Origin: a virus
Taxonomy: Duplodnaviria > Caudoviricetes
Length of the DNA: 25,995 nt
Direction: 5' to 3' (one strand)
IMG/VR virus record: IMGVR_UViG_3300026511_000024
Location: 1-25,995 of that record
Shown here in pieces: positions 16,245 through 25,793 of the stretch (the first letter of the stretch is position 1; each line of letters starts with the position of its first letter). The notes beneath the pieces were generated by a model. The model was not told the DNA's origin. It ran no database searches and saw only the letters and a list, made by a program, of their open reading frames with translations. Both the position numbers and the translations under genes were made by a program.

Positions 16245-16637
16245 ATGAATATTTCAACTATTGAGCAGTTCCTAACACGCGAAGATGTATTCACCTGGAT
16301 TACAGATGGTGAGTTAGACCTACCCGATAACCTGGCAGATGAATTAGTAGCCAGAGCTATCCGAGAGACAGGGTTTGCGTTCTTACTGGACGCATTGCAC
16401 ACCCAAAACTACTGCGAGTCCTTCGCGGTAGACCTTGTAGATTCGCTTAACACTAGCAACCTATTTGATATTGCCTCATTCCAAGAGCAGACGCTCAAAG
16501 CATTGCGAGACTACGCAAGGTATATCTGTGACTGCAACATTGACATAGGCATGGAGGCGCTTAGGAAGTTTGAGGGAAAGTACGCGAAGGATGCTCAGAT
16601 AATTAACTTATGGCAAGAGAGGGGATTAACAGTATGA
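16245..16637 (+). CDS. Hypothetical acidic protein
   Basis: Strong RBS, 130 aa. Confidence 0.7.
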   Translation: MNISTIEQFLTREDVFTWITDGELDLPDNLADELVARAIRETGFAFLLDALHTQNYCESFAVDLVDSLNTSNLFDIASFQEQTLKALRDYARYICDCNIDIGMEALRKFEGKYAKDAQIINLWQERGLTV

Positions 16638-17212
16638 AGCAGTCAGAATCAATTAAAGAACTCGCAACCGCTATGGCTGCGGCACAAGGTGAGATGGGTT
16701 CAGCGATTAAAGGTGCGTCAAATCCATTCTTCAAATCGAAATATGCGGACTTGGGGTCAGTGATACAGGCTATCAAAGCCCCCTTCGCAGAACACGGATT
16801 GAGCTATGTTCAATTCCCTATCACTGGCGATAACTCGGTGGGAGTTATTACTCGCCTAATGCATTCGTCAGGAGAGTGGTTGGAGCAGGAGTACTTCATC
16901 CCTCTTGGCAAGATGGACGCACAGGCTGCGGGTTCAGCTATAACTTACGCAAGACGGTACGCTTTACAGGCTATCGCAGGAATCCCTGCTGAGGATGACG
17001 ATGGCAATGCTGCGGCACAAGCCAAGCCTGAGCCAGTAACCAAAGCCCAGGCTAAGGTTATTGGCGAGCTAATAAAACAGTCAGGGGCTAATACTGAGAA
17101 GTTCTGCATAGCATTCAAGTGCAAAGATGTTGCATCCCTTTCCGCGTCAAACTTTGATCGAGCCAAAGAGCTACTGGAGAAGAAGATTGGAGACCAAGAA
17201 GACGAAGTTTAA
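16634..17212 (+). CDS. erf: ERF-family single-strand annealing protein (start revised to 16634)
   Basis: NPFFKSKYADL and GSAITYARRYAL..IAGI..EDDDG signature. Confidence 0.92.
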   Translation: MKQSESIKELATAMAAAQGEMGSAIKGASNPFFKSKYADLGSVIQAIKAPFAEHGLSYVQFPITGDNSVGVITRLMHSSGEWLEQEYFIPLGKMDAQAAGSAITYARRYALQAIAGIPAEDDDGNAAAQAKPEPVTKAQAKVIGELIKQSGANTEKFCIAFKCKDVASLSASNFDRAKELLEKKIGDQEDEV

Positions 17213-17348
17213 TCGGTCTCATTGCGGATGCTGCGGACAGGGGATTAGTCCTAAGATGATGTTCTGCGATGAGTGTAAGTTAATCTTTAATAAATTCGAG
17301 TCACTGTGGAGGCGTTATGAACAAAGACCCAGTAATGGTAGATCTTGA
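17187..17348 (+). CDS. Small zinc-ribbon protein (probable TTG start)
   Basis: HCGCCG...FCDEC. Confidence 0.5.
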   Translation: METKKTKFNRSHCGCCGQGISPKMMFCDECKLIFNKFESLWRRYEQRPSNGRS

Positions 17349-17451
17349 TCGATACCTAACAGAGAGTGAGGAGGACTACATTAGTCCTGAAGACAGAGAA
17401 CGCGACAGACAAGAGTATCTAGCAGACCAAGGAGATTATGATGCGGATTGA
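17317..17451 (+). CDS. 44-aa very acidic peptide (not in ORF track)
   Basis: MNKDPVMVDLDRYLTESEEDYISPEDRERDRQEYLADQGDYDAD; GGAGG RBS. Confidence 0.7.
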   Translation: MNKDPVMVDLDRYLTESEEDYISPEDRERDRQEYLADQGDYDAD

Positions 17452-18040
17452 TCAGAACGAGCAGGGTAGTCCTGAGTGGTTAGCAGCCAGGCTAGGCATC
17501 CCTTCCGCGTCAATGTTTGCCAAGCTAGTCACAACAAAAGGCATCTGGTCTGCATCGGCTGATGCCTACATCAATCAACTGGTCGCTGAGCGTTTGACAG
17601 GCGAGCGTGAGGAGGTTTTCCAGTCTCACCATATGCTGAGGGGTACGGAGTTAGAGCCGGACGCTAGAGATTTGTACTCACTGATTAGTGACGCGGAGGT
17701 GACTGAGGTTGGGTTCTGCTTGCATGACACTCTGTCAGCAGGGTGTTCGCCAGACGGATTGATAGGTGAGGACGGAGGATTGGAGATTAAATGTCCTGCT
17801 CCTTCTACGCATGTAGAGTATTTGAGGGGCGGAGTACTCCCTTCCAAATACAAACAGCAAGTCATGGGGTGTCTGTGGATTACAGGCAGGGAGTGGTGGG
17901 ACTTCGTGTCCTATCACCCGACTATGAAACCTCTGATCGTTCGTGTTGAGCGTGATGAGGAGTACATCGCAGCGTTGGAGAAGTGTGTGACCAAGGCTGT
18001 TAATTTGATAGACGAGAATGTAGAAAAGTTTTTTAACTAA
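17438..18040 (+). CDS. YqaJ / lambda-exonuclease-family exonuclease
   Basis: QGSPEWLAARLG..SAS, RGTELEP, CSPDGL, LEIKCP, QVMGCLW. Confidence 0.93.
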   Translation: MMRIDQNEQGSPEWLAARLGIPSASMFAKLVTTKGIWSASADAYINQLVAERLTGEREEVFQSHHMLRGTELEPDARDLYSLISDAEVTEVGFCLHDTLSAGCSPDGLIGEDGGLEIKCPAPSTHVEYLRGGVLPSKYKQQVMGCLWITGREWWDFVSYHPTMKPLIVRVERDEEYIAALEKCVTKAVNLIDENVEKFFN

Positions 18041-18050
18041 GGAGAAAGAC

Positions 18051-18287
18051 ATGAGTGATTATGATGATACTAACCGTGGGGCTTTATTCAAGAACGAAAG
18101 GAAAGAGATAGAGACTCACGCTGATTACAACGGGACGATCAATGTAGGCGGTCAGGAGTTCTGGTTAAACGCCTGGCTCAAAGAGTCAAAGGCAGGTAAG
18201 AAGTTCTTCAGTCTGTCAGTTAAGCCTAAAGAAGCTAAGCCAGTGTCTAACTCGCCTGAGATTGAGCTAGACGACCTTCCCTTTTAG
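18051..18287 (+). CDS. Small ssDNA-binding-like protein
   Basis: DYNGTINVGG.EFWLNAW...FFSLSV core and SSB-type C-terminal DDLPF. Confidence 0.7.
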   Translation: MSDYDDTNRGALFKNERKEIETHADYNGTINVGGQEFWLNAWLKESKAGKKFFSLSVKPKEAKPVSNSPEIELDDLPF

Positions 18288-18293
18288 TCAAAC

Positions 18294-18316
18294 AGGGGGT
18301 GAAAGCCCCCTATTTT
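18294..18316 (+). terminator. Rho-independent terminator
   Basis: AGGGGGT-GAAA-GCCCCCT followed by ATTTT. Confidence 0.7.
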
Positions 18317-18327
18317 GAGGACAAGCA

Positions 18328-18543
18328 ATGATTCACATTGGCAAGACAATACGCATAGCACATGAACAGGTCGGCATGAGGCATAAGGCTGTGGCAGATA
18401 TGATTGACTGCCATAGTTCTAACTACTCTCACACTCTAGCCCAGGGAAACATGACCGTTCATCGGTATAAGCAAATCTGTGACGCTCTGGGTTTGACAAT
18501 GGATCAGGTTTATAAGATAGGAGAACAACATGCAAACGGATAA
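18328..18543 (+). CDS. XRE/Cro-like HTH protein
   Basis: IGKTIR...GMRHKAVADMID..SSNYS...ICDALG pattern. Confidence 0.7.
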   Translation: MIHIGKTIRIAHEQVGMRHKAVADMIDCHSSNYSHTLAQGNMTVHRYKQICDALGLTMDQVYKIGEQHANG

Positions 18544-18715
18544 CGAACTGAGGGATAGGTTGGAGAAGGATATACAAAAGTATCTGGGCAATGGGGGAAA
18601 GGTTACTTACTGCAAGCCCTTTGAGTTTTCCAATGGCAAGTCTTTGAATGAATCATCTTACTCCGCGTTCAATGAAAGAGAGGCTAAAAGGAATGGACGA
18701 TCTAAACGAAGTTAA
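18530..18715 (+). CDS. Small protein with a SutA-like motif
   Basis: ELRDRLEKDIQKYLGNGGKVT. Confidence 0.5.
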   Translation: MQTDNELRDRLEKDIQKYLGNGGKVTYCKPFEFSNGKSLNESSYSAFNEREAKRNGRSKRS

Positions 18716-19139
18716 AGACATGGTAGGAGATATTCCGCAGGGAGAGTTTTGGGTGGTCAGTAATAAACAATCTCTTGATGCGTTCGTCTCGCACATCACT
18801 AAGCTTTACGAAGACAAGAAGTACGTCACGATTAAGTGGAAGGCAGGGAAGACAAGAACCTCTGCACAGAATAATGCATTGCATGTTTACTGCCGACTAC
18901 TTGGCGAGGCTTTAAATGACGCGGGGTATGACATGAAGAAGACTGTCAAAGCAAGCGTAGACATCCCCTGGACAACAGACCTGGTGAAGCAGTATTTATG
19001 GAAGCCAATACAGTCTGTGGTTACTGGTGATGACTCTACTTCTATCGCGTCACGGGAGGATTACGACAAGGTCCACGCTGTGCTAAGCCGTCATCTGTCA
19101 GAGAAGTTTAATGTTTATGTACCGTTTCCAACCAAATGA
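18693..19139 (+). CDS. NinB-like protein (start probably 18693)
   Basis: RTSAQNNALHVYC..L...LNDAG, WKPIQ, STS; located upstream of a NinG-like gene. Confidence 0.6.
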   Translation: MDDLNEVKDMVGDIPQGEFWVVSNKQSLDAFVSHITKLYEDKKYVTIKWKAGKTRTSAQNNALHVYCRLLGEALNDAGYDMKKTVKASVDIPWTTDLVKQYLWKPIQSVVTGDDSTSIASREDYDKVHAVLSRHLSEKFNVYVPFPTK

Positions 19140-19321
19140 TTATCTTCTCTGAGTTTAATGACGCTCTTGAAGAGGCTGCGTGGTGTGCAGAATCGGAGCA
19201 GCAAGTATACAGTATCGCAATTTATAAGACTGGCTTTAGGGTGAGTAGGCTTTCTCGAATGTACCAGTACAAAGGAATAATCTTAGAGGTTGGATTTAAA
19301 CCTACCCGCGATAAAGTGTAG
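19136..19321 (+). CDS. Hypothetical protein
   Basis: ATGA overlap with the previous gene. Confidence 0.6.
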   Translation: MIIFSEFNDALEEAAWCAESEQQVYSIAIYKTGFRVSRLSRMYQYKGIILEVGFKPTRDKV

Positions 19322-19389
19322 AAAAGCGACATATAAGGCGCATTAAAGTGTCTTATGCGTCATATAAGTTTCATTAGAGGAGATTAATC

Positions 19390-19659
19390 ATGGCTAGACA
19401 GATTATTGAGGTGCAAACCGATACATGGATGCTTTGTGAAGGCATCGAAACCTCAGTGTTTATTGGCGAGACTGATGAGCCAATAGAGATTACAGAATCT
19501 TATGAGTCACTGATTGATCAACATCTTAATTCGTACATCTTTGGCCGCAAGATTGCGGCACTGCATTATGATGAGACCGCTGCGTTCATTGCTAAGATGA
19601 AAGAGGTTGCTGAGTACGCAGAGCGTAGGGCTAAAGAACTTGGGTGGGAGGAGTTATGA
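19390..19659 (+). CDS. Hypothetical acidic protein
   Basis: GAGGAG RBS. Confidence 0.65.
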   Translation: MARQIIEVQTDTWMLCEGIETSVFIGETDEPIEITESYESLIDQHLNSYIFGRKIAALHYDETAAFIAKMKEVAEYAERRAKELGWEEL

Positions 19660-19847
19660 GTAACGATATGATGGAGGTAATACACAAGGCCATTGATGAA
19701 TTACAGATTGGCCTTGACAAACTTGATGACAAGCAAGTAAAGGAAACCTACAATGCCTTAGTCGCTCTTCAAATAGAGCTGCACAGAAAGTACACCTCAC
19801 ACTACACCAAGAGGCTAGGGCTATATGGGTATAAAGACGCAGAATGA
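19656..19847 (+). CDS. Hypothetical coiled-coil protein (start revised to 19656)
   Basis: GGAGGAG RBS, ATGA overlap. Confidence 0.6.
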   Translation: MSNDMMEVIHKAIDELQIGLDKLDDKQVKETYNALVALQIELHRKYTSHYTKRLGLYGYKDAE

Positions 19848-20016
19848 ATACGTTATGCCTTTGGATGTCGAGATAGCGCTTCAAGCCTATCCCGTCACTC
19901 AGAAGAATTTCAGTGTAGCGTTACTTAAGATGCGCTATGACATGATGGAAGAGAAGGATCAGATCCGAGCAGAGAAGACTCTTCTCTCGCTGCGTGATGG
20001 GAGATACTGGAAATGA
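19825..20016 (+). CDS. Hypothetical protein
   Basis: Overlapping ORF in the operon. Confidence 0.55.
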   Translation: MGIKTQNEYVMPLDVEIALQAYPVTQKNFSVALLKMRYDMMEEKDQIRAEKTLLSLRDGRYWK

Positions 20017-20471
20017 CTAGAGCTGTGAAGCGCAGGGTCAAACGGAAATCTAAACCCAAGACCAAGACTTCCGCTCAGTTAAAGCAAGAGTGCTATAAAG
20101 CTGTACAAAAATTAGCCAGACTTGCAGCGTCAGATGATAACGGCAATTGTTCTTGCGTGTCTTGTGGAGTCACCAAACACTACAAGGATATGCAGGGAGG
20201 ACACTTTATCCCTAAAGGCAACTCATCCTACTGGGCGTTAGAGATAGAAAATGTCCATCCCCAGTGTCCTGCATGTAACATGTGGGGTATGTCTCACGGA
20301 TCAGCTGCTCAGCAGTACACACTCTGGATGCAGGATATGTACGGTAGAGACTTTGTAGAGGAGATGATTGAAAAGAAGTCTACTCCGGTTAAGAGATACA
20401 AAGCAGACTACGAGCAAATCCTGGCAGAGTTCCAAGAGCTAATCACCTACCACGAGAACCGTGTATGTTAG
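20013..20471 (+). CDS. ninG: NinG/Rap-family endonuclease
   Basis: CVSCG...MQGGHFIPK...NVHPQCPACN. Confidence 0.85.
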   Translation: MTRAVKRRVKRKSKPKTKTSAQLKQECYKAVQKLARLAASDDNGNCSCVSCGVTKHYKDMQGGHFIPKGNSSYWALEIENVHPQCPACNMWGMSHGSAAQQYTLWMQDMYGRDFVEEMIEKKSTPVKRYKADYEQILAEFQELITYHENRVC

Positions 20472-21001
20472 AAGTTAAACTCAGCAAGAAAGAATTGTTT
20501 GACTGTCAACGCGCAGCGAATGGTCGCTCCATGTTATCTAGGGCTTCTGGTGTAGTTAATCAACGGAAAGACAAGTCTAGTACAGATGAAGAGGTAGACT
20601 TGATTGGTATTAAAGGTGAGTTAGCAGTATCTAAAGTTTACCAGGCAGACTTTAGCCCGTTTGATTTTGGAGTAGACGCGGGAGTGGATATGTTCTTTGG
20701 CGACATAGGGGTTGATGTTAAAACTACCAAGTACCCAAACGGAGTCTTGCTGTTTAAAAGCGTTGAAGCATTCAAAGCCCCTATCGCCGTCCTGTGTACA
20801 GAGATAGACCAAAATACTATGTGTGTGGTTGGTTGGATTCGCAAGAAAGAATTTGCAGACAAGTGTACGAAGTTTATTAACCCTAAGACTAAAGTTTATA
20901 CGGATGGTATGTGCGTTGAGCAGTCGCAGCTTAATAGCCCTGAAGAGCTATGGCTACACATCACCCGCGTTAAACTAAACCAACAAGGAGACAAGCTATG
21001 A
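20465..21001 (+). CDS. Putative PD-(D/E)xK nuclease-fold protein
   Basis: GIKGELAV...DAGVD...VDVKTT...VVGW. Confidence 0.5.
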   Translation: MLEVKLSKKELFDCQRAANGRSMLSRASGVVNQRKDKSSTDEEVDLIGIKGELAVSKVYQADFSPFDFGVDAGVDMFFGDIGVDVKTTKYPNGVLLFKSVEAFKAPIAVLCTEIDQNTMCVVGWIRKKEFADKCTKFINPKTKVYTDGMCVEQSQLNSPEELWLHITRVKLNQQGDKL

Positions 21002-21267
21002 GTTACGCGGGGAAAGGAGTTAAGGCTATTACGAAAGACGGCATTGAATTAGAGCTACAGAATGTAGAGGATGTCTTTGACTGGCTTGCAGAGTTACTTG
21101 AATGCGATGATGAGGTTGATAGGAACATGGCAGGAACAGCCGGTATGATGCTAGAGGATATGCTTAACTTCATTAACAGCACTGACTCAATTCAAGACAG
21201 CTTTCAAATCCATGTTAATCAATCGTACCGTGAACAAGCAGAAGCTTACGAGAGGGAATTGCATTGA
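20998..21267 (+). CDS. Hypothetical acidic protein
   Basis: AGGAG RBS, ATGA overlap. Confidence 0.6.
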   Translation: MSYAGKGVKAITKDGIELELQNVEDVFDWLAELLECDDEVDRNMAGTAGMMLEDMLNFINSTDSIQDSFQIHVNQSYREQAEAYERELH

Positions 21268-21515
21268 AAGCAACAGACTACCAGGTAGCAGGAAGTCACT
21301 ATCAGGACTTAAAGATACAGCCTATCGAGTACATTCTGGCTAACAACTTAGGCTTCTGTGAGGGGGCTATCGTTAAGTACATCTCAAGATGGCGGCAGAA
21401 GGGCGGGGTTGAAGACCTGAGAAAGATCAAGCAGTTTTGTGAGTTCTTGATAGAGCAGGAGCTAAAAGAAAAGCCCCTCCCCACAATGGAGGAGAGGCGT
21501 TTACCGAGGGCTTAG
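21264..21515 (+). CDS. DUF3310 family protein (T7 gp1.7-like nucleotide kinase family)
   Basis: QVAGSHY..IQPIEYI...GFCEGAIVKYISRW..KGGVEDLRK. Confidence 0.85.
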   Translation: MKATDYQVAGSHYQDLKIQPIEYILANNLGFCEGAIVKYISRWRQKGGVEDLRKIKQFCEFLIEQELKEKPLPTMEERRLPRA

Positions 21516-21563
21516 TTATGTTTGATTACGGCATGTATATAATAATAATGTTATTCACATATA

Positions 21564-23498
21564 TTATCTTGTTTGAGAAAGCATAATATCTTCTCTTATT
21601 GACTGCTGATCATTTTCATCTAGCTGCTCAATAATCTTAGCAATATTAGAAGAGATAAACTCAGCGGTAGGTGCTGAGGCTTTTTCAATTTGTTTATCTA
21701 GCGCAACCAATCTATTTACGGCGGCTTTATTTGTTGCCAATTTAGAGAATACAGAAGGAATTGTAAGCGTTGCTATTGCTAATGGAATTCCTACAGTAGC
21801 ACCAACACCACCTGCCGCAGCGCCTTGAGCTAACTTCCCGAGAGAGTTTATTTCTTGGCTTCTTATTGCCAGATTGAACAGACCGCTTCTTCCTTGCTGA
21901 GACGAGTCATAGATAGCATTTGATAACAGTTTAAAAGATTCATACGAATCTCCCATAACAGCCTTGATTCTGGATTGCTCTGATTGCTTAGAAAGCTTTT
22001 GTGAAACAGCGGCTAGATTCTTAAAATCAATCATACCTGTTGCCGCGTCTAAAAATTGTTCTTTTGCAAAAGATTGAGCAATGATTTTTTTGGCTTGAGC
22101 AGCCGTCTTAACATCCATGTCTCCTAGCTTTCCTGCTTTTTGAATATCTGCAAAAGCTCTGTCTATACTAGCAAGCATCTTGTTAATTTTATTGCTGTCA
22201 GTTTGCCTTAGTAGCAATTTACCTATCTTTTCATAGTCGCCTTTTTTAGCAGAAGATAAAACACCTCTGTTTAACACGGGGAGCAAGTCGTCCATAGATT
22301 GCGAGTAGTTACTCTTTAAAGACTTGTATGCGCTTCCCATTTGAGGGAGTCTGTTTGATAGAAGGCTTTCTGTTGCGTTAGTTATAGAATTCCTTAATTC
22401 GCTTAAGGTTCTAACTGCCGTAGGATCAGCCAATTGATTGCCTGGCATTGCTTGGTCAATGTTTCTTGAAAGCATTTTCTCAAGATTAAATATAGTCGAC
22501 AAAGGAACAATATTAACGTCTTCAAGTTTTCTTAAAAGATCAGAAGCAGCGTCTTGAGTTGCTTTTGGAAGCATGTTTCCAAGCGTTGGGTCTGAATTTC
22601 TTTTTAGAAAATCATCAAGTGTTTTTTTGATACCAGAGACAGGAAGGTTAGAGTTTCCGTATTTGGTAAGTAGCTTGTTTTGCTCTTCTCCAAAAATTTT
22701 AGATGCAGACTGTCTCCCTGCCTCTATTATTCCGTAAATAGTCTCCCCAACACCAGAAACATCTTTAGCTAAAGTTGGGTTAATCCCATCAATTAAAGAT
22801 TGTGCTGTTTTTTGTAAAACAGAGTTTACCGCTTCCGCTCTTTTCTTTTCATTGCTGCCAGAAAATATACCAATTCGACCTATTTCTTCTGCTGTGGTTC
22901 TGAGGTAACTTGCTTGACCTGTTTGAGCGGCAGACAAAGAAGCGCCTTCAGACCCTAACAATCTTTGAGTTAACTCTACGCTTTCTGCAGAGCCAGGAAT
23001 AATCCCTTCCATATCCAGCATGCGTAAGTCTGGCGGCTTAGGAGCAGCCATGCGAGCAGAAGCAATCAAATCGCTAGTATTTATCTTTATGGCTTTAGCT
23101 ATCGGCCTTACAACCTTTCCAAGCCCAAGTGTAGCTGCATCAAAAATCACTGATGTTTTTGCTTCACTTAAAGCATCTTCAAAATCCAAAGCTTCATCTT
23201 GATAGGCGTTGCTTGCTAAAGAACCTCCAAAAGAGCCTGTTGCGCCTCCAATAATTCCACCAATAATAGTTCCTATGCCAGGCAAAACAGCAGTGCCAAT
23301 TGCTGCTCCTGCTCCTGCCCCTGCTATAGATCCGGGTATCTCTAAGTTTTCACCTAAAAAACCACCAAGTCTTTCTAGTCCTGTTGGTTTGGATGGAGAA
23401 ATTACTTGAAGAGCCTCATCAGACAAGGCAGAAATATTATTTGCTAACAAATTATCTAAGTCTTCATCTGACAATTGGCTAAGATCAAAGTTTTCCAT
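21564..23498 (-). CDS. Probable DNA ejection / internal virion protein
   Basis: 644 aa, helical; DLSQLSDEDL N-terminus; Gly-zipper hydrophobic segments; last gene of the late block. Confidence 0.6.
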   Translation of the reverse strand: MENFDLSQLSDEDLDNLLANNISALSDEALQVISPSKPTGLERLGGFLGENLEIPGSIAGAGAGAAIGTAVLPGIGTIIGGIIGGATGSFGGSLASNAYQDEALDFEDALSEAKTSVIFDAATLGLGKVVRPIAKAIKINTSDLIASARMAAPKPPDLRMLDMEGIIPGSAESVELTQRLLGSEGASLSAAQTGQASYLRTTAEEIGRIGIFSGSNEKKRAEAVNSVLQKTAQSLIDGINPTLAKDVSGVGETIYGIIEAGRQSASKIFGEEQNKLLTKYGNSNLPVSGIKKTLDDFLKRNSDPTLGNMLPKATQDAASDLLRKLEDVNIVPLSTIFNLEKMLSRNIDQAMPGNQLADPTAVRTLSELRNSITNATESLLSNRLPQMGSAYKSLKSNYSQSMDDLLPVLNRGVLSSAKKGDYEKIGKLLLRQTDSNKINKMLASIDRAFADIQKAGKLGDMDVKTAAQAKKIIAQSFAKEQFLDAATGMIDFKNLAAVSQKLSKQSEQSRIKAVMGDSYESFKLLSNAIYDSSQQGRSGLFNLAIRSQEINSLGKLAQGAAAGGVGATVGIPLAIATLTIPSVFSKLATNKAAVNRLVALDKQIEKASAPTAEFISSNIAKIIEQLDENDQQSIREDIMLSQTR

Positions 23499-23514
23499 AA
23501 ATCACCTGTATTAA

Positions 23515-24729
23515 TTAAAGCCTAGGGGCTATTTGTCCTCTGCGTTCTTTTTCTCTTAGCGCTTGCTCTTCCAAACTTAGAGGAGTTGATGCAACAGGCT
23601 CAACTTGTTCTTGGGCATTTTTGTTAAATTTAACATTGTACTGTTTTTCAATGCTTGGAATAAAATCTTTGCTTTCTTTAAATGCATTCCATTCATCGAG
23701 AAATCCTGCTTGATTTCCTTTGTTTTTGGAGATGTATTCTGCTCTTTGTTTTTCGTATTCAGAAACAATAGCGGAAGACTTAGCAACTCCATTTAAATAC
23801 TCTTGTATTTGTTCGGCATTATAACGAGCGTCTGGGTATCCAGATCTAGCCAAAGCAACATCTGAGTCTGAAGCTGCGCCAGGAGGCAAGCTCAACATCA
23901 CTGAATTGTTTACAAATCCGTTAAATTCTCTTTTCAGCAAGTCAGCATCGCCTTGAGTTCCAAGGAAATCGTTAAACGCACTCAATGCCGTTCCTCCAAA
24001 GCCCGCTGTTGGCTGAACCACTTCGTAACGCTTTGCCAGACTCATTGCTTGCAAGCCCTTAGTTCTTGCATTGTTAGAGCTTGATACAGCTTCATCAATA
24101 GATTTTTGAGCAAAAACGCTTAAATCGCCTTGCCTGTTTTCTTCTGCAAGCTTTCTCGTGTCTGCTATGGATTGTTGGATATTATTCTCTTCTTCTTGGA
24201 TAGTTCGCAGCCTTGCTGTATCGGTTACTTGCCATTCAAGCCTAGATTTATCTAATCCTAAAGAATTTTTAGCTGTTTCCGCGTTTAACTTGCTTGCTTC
24301 TGCCGACATAACAGCGGCTTTAGCTCTTGCTTGCTCAGTTTCTTGCGCAATGTTTGCTCTTCTAGCTTCTGCTGCCGCTTGCCTTAATGCCGCAGCCCGA
24401 ACCGGATCAACGCTTTGAATAGCTTGAGCAGCTTGCAACAAGCCTTCTGGCTTTGATGTATCAATACCTTTGAGTTGCTCAGAAACCCTTTCCCCAGTAC
24501 TACGCGGGTCAATGCCAATCATAGGCTGAACAGCTCGCCGTAGAGCGTCATTACGCTGTACCCCTAACTGACCCCCCATCTGAGCCAAAGGAGCTAATGC
24601 TGCCGCTCTCCCGCGTAAACCAGAGGACAGCAATTGACCTTGAGCCATCCCCTGTTGAAGTAGTTTTTGCTGACGCTGTTCAGGAGTGTCAATGATGTCT
24701 GCAAACAGACTGTTAATATCTATAGCCAT
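23515..24729 (-). CDS. Probable DNA ejection / internal virion protein
   Basis: 404 aa, Q/A-rich helical, PGAASDSD motif. Confidence 0.6.
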   Translation of the reverse strand: MAIDINSLFADIIDTPEQRQQKLLQQGMAQGQLLSSGLRGRAAALAPLAQMGGQLGVQRNDALRRAVQPMIGIDPRSTGERVSEQLKGIDTSKPEGLLQAAQAIQSVDPVRAAALRQAAAEARRANIAQETEQARAKAAVMSAEASKLNAETAKNSLGLDKSRLEWQVTDTARLRTIQEEENNIQQSIADTRKLAEENRQGDLSVFAQKSIDEAVSSSNNARTKGLQAMSLAKRYEVVQPTAGFGGTALSAFNDFLGTQGDADLLKREFNGFVNNSVMLSLPPGAASDSDVALARSGYPDARYNAEQIQEYLNGVAKSSAIVSEYEKQRAEYISKNKGNQAGFLDEWNAFKESKDFIPSIEKQYNVKFNKNAQEQVEPVASTPLSLEEQALREKERRGQIAPRL

Positions 24730-24740
24730 TGTTTAACTCC

Positions 24741-25793
24741 TTAAATAAAAGCGCCTGTGGCTTTTGCGGCGTTTTGTTTTTTCAATGCTTCTATAGCCTG
24801 AGAAAACGCATCGCCCATTGCGCCAGTAATTTGATTAGTCTGAGCAGGTTGTTGCTCGCCCTTTAATAGATCAAACAGCCCTTGGAATTGCTGCTGACGT
24901 AAAGCATTAGCTAGTGATGCATAGCCTAATTGAGCTTCTAAGCCAGACTCGGCAAGTTGAGATTGCAAACCTGCTCCTGTAGATTGTAACGCAGAACCAA
25001 TACGAGACGCTTCTAAAGAAGGTTGTAGTGACGCAAGGAGCTGTTGTTGTGGTAGATAAGAAGCCCCCAGACCTTGAAGACCTAAATCTCCCAATAAACC
25101 TAGTCTTGAACGCGTCTCACCCAAACCTGCTAAAGTCTGTTGCGACTGTAAAGCTTGTTCAGCACGAGCTTGCTCCATTGCGCTTACACCAAGACCTGCT
25201 TGTTGCTCTGCAATAGCCTTTTCTAACGCTAGCTGCTCTGGTGTACCGCCGTATTGGGCTGTAGATACACCTAACCTACCCTGACCTAGTAAACGCTCTT
25301 CTAGCGCGAGACGCTGACGCTCCTGCTCTGGCTGTAGAGTAGCTTGCATGCGTCCAAATATATCTTGTTCACGCGAAGCTCGTTGACTTGGGTCTTGAGT
25401 TAACATTCCTATTACGTTGGCTTGCTCTGCCGCTCGAGACTCAGGAGTTCCTAATACATCAAAAGCCCCAGTTGTAAATTGACTAAGCTGTTGCTGCATA
25501 GCTTGCTGTTGTGGAGACAAGCCTAAATTTAAACTCCCAGACGATCCGATAGAGCCAGTTCCAGTAGGAGTAGTAATTGTAAAAGGTTTAAACTCTGTAG
25601 CTCTTTGAGCTTGACCAATCAATCCGCCCGCGGGAGGTTGATAATTTTGCCCAAAGATTGTTGTGAAATCTTGCTGTCCTGCCTGTTCAATGTCTTTAAT
25701 AATTTTTTGTTGAGCAGCAGCGCCGCCAATACCCGCAATAACATTGCCTGCTGTACCGCCAAACAAGCCTCCTAAAAAGTCATCCCAATTCAT
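24741..25793 (-). CDS. Probable DNA ejection (pilot-like) protein
   Basis: 350 aa, Q/G/L-rich with a Gly-rich hydrophobic N-terminus. Confidence 0.6.
   Translation of the reverse strand: MNWDDFLGGLFGGTAGNVIAGIGGAAAQQKIIKDIEQAGQQDFTTIFGQNYQPPAGGLIGQAQRATEFKPFTITTPTGTGSIGSSGSLNLGLSPQQQAMQQQLSQFTTGAFDVLGTPESRAAEQANVIGMLTQDPSQRASREQDIFGRMQATLQPEQERQRLALEERLLGQGRLGVSTAQYGGTPEQLALEKAIAEQQAGLGVSAMEQARAEQALQSQQTLAGLGETRSRLGLLGDLGLQGLGASYLPQQQLLASLQPSLEASRIGSALQSTGAGLQSQLAESGLEAQLGYASLANALRQQQFQGLFDLLKGEQQPAQTNQITGAMGDAFSQAIEALKKQNAAKATGAFI

Noticed and set aside
15262-18052. Minus-strand ORFs within the replication and recombination genes
   Set aside because: Antisense to clearly recognisable genes, with no independent support
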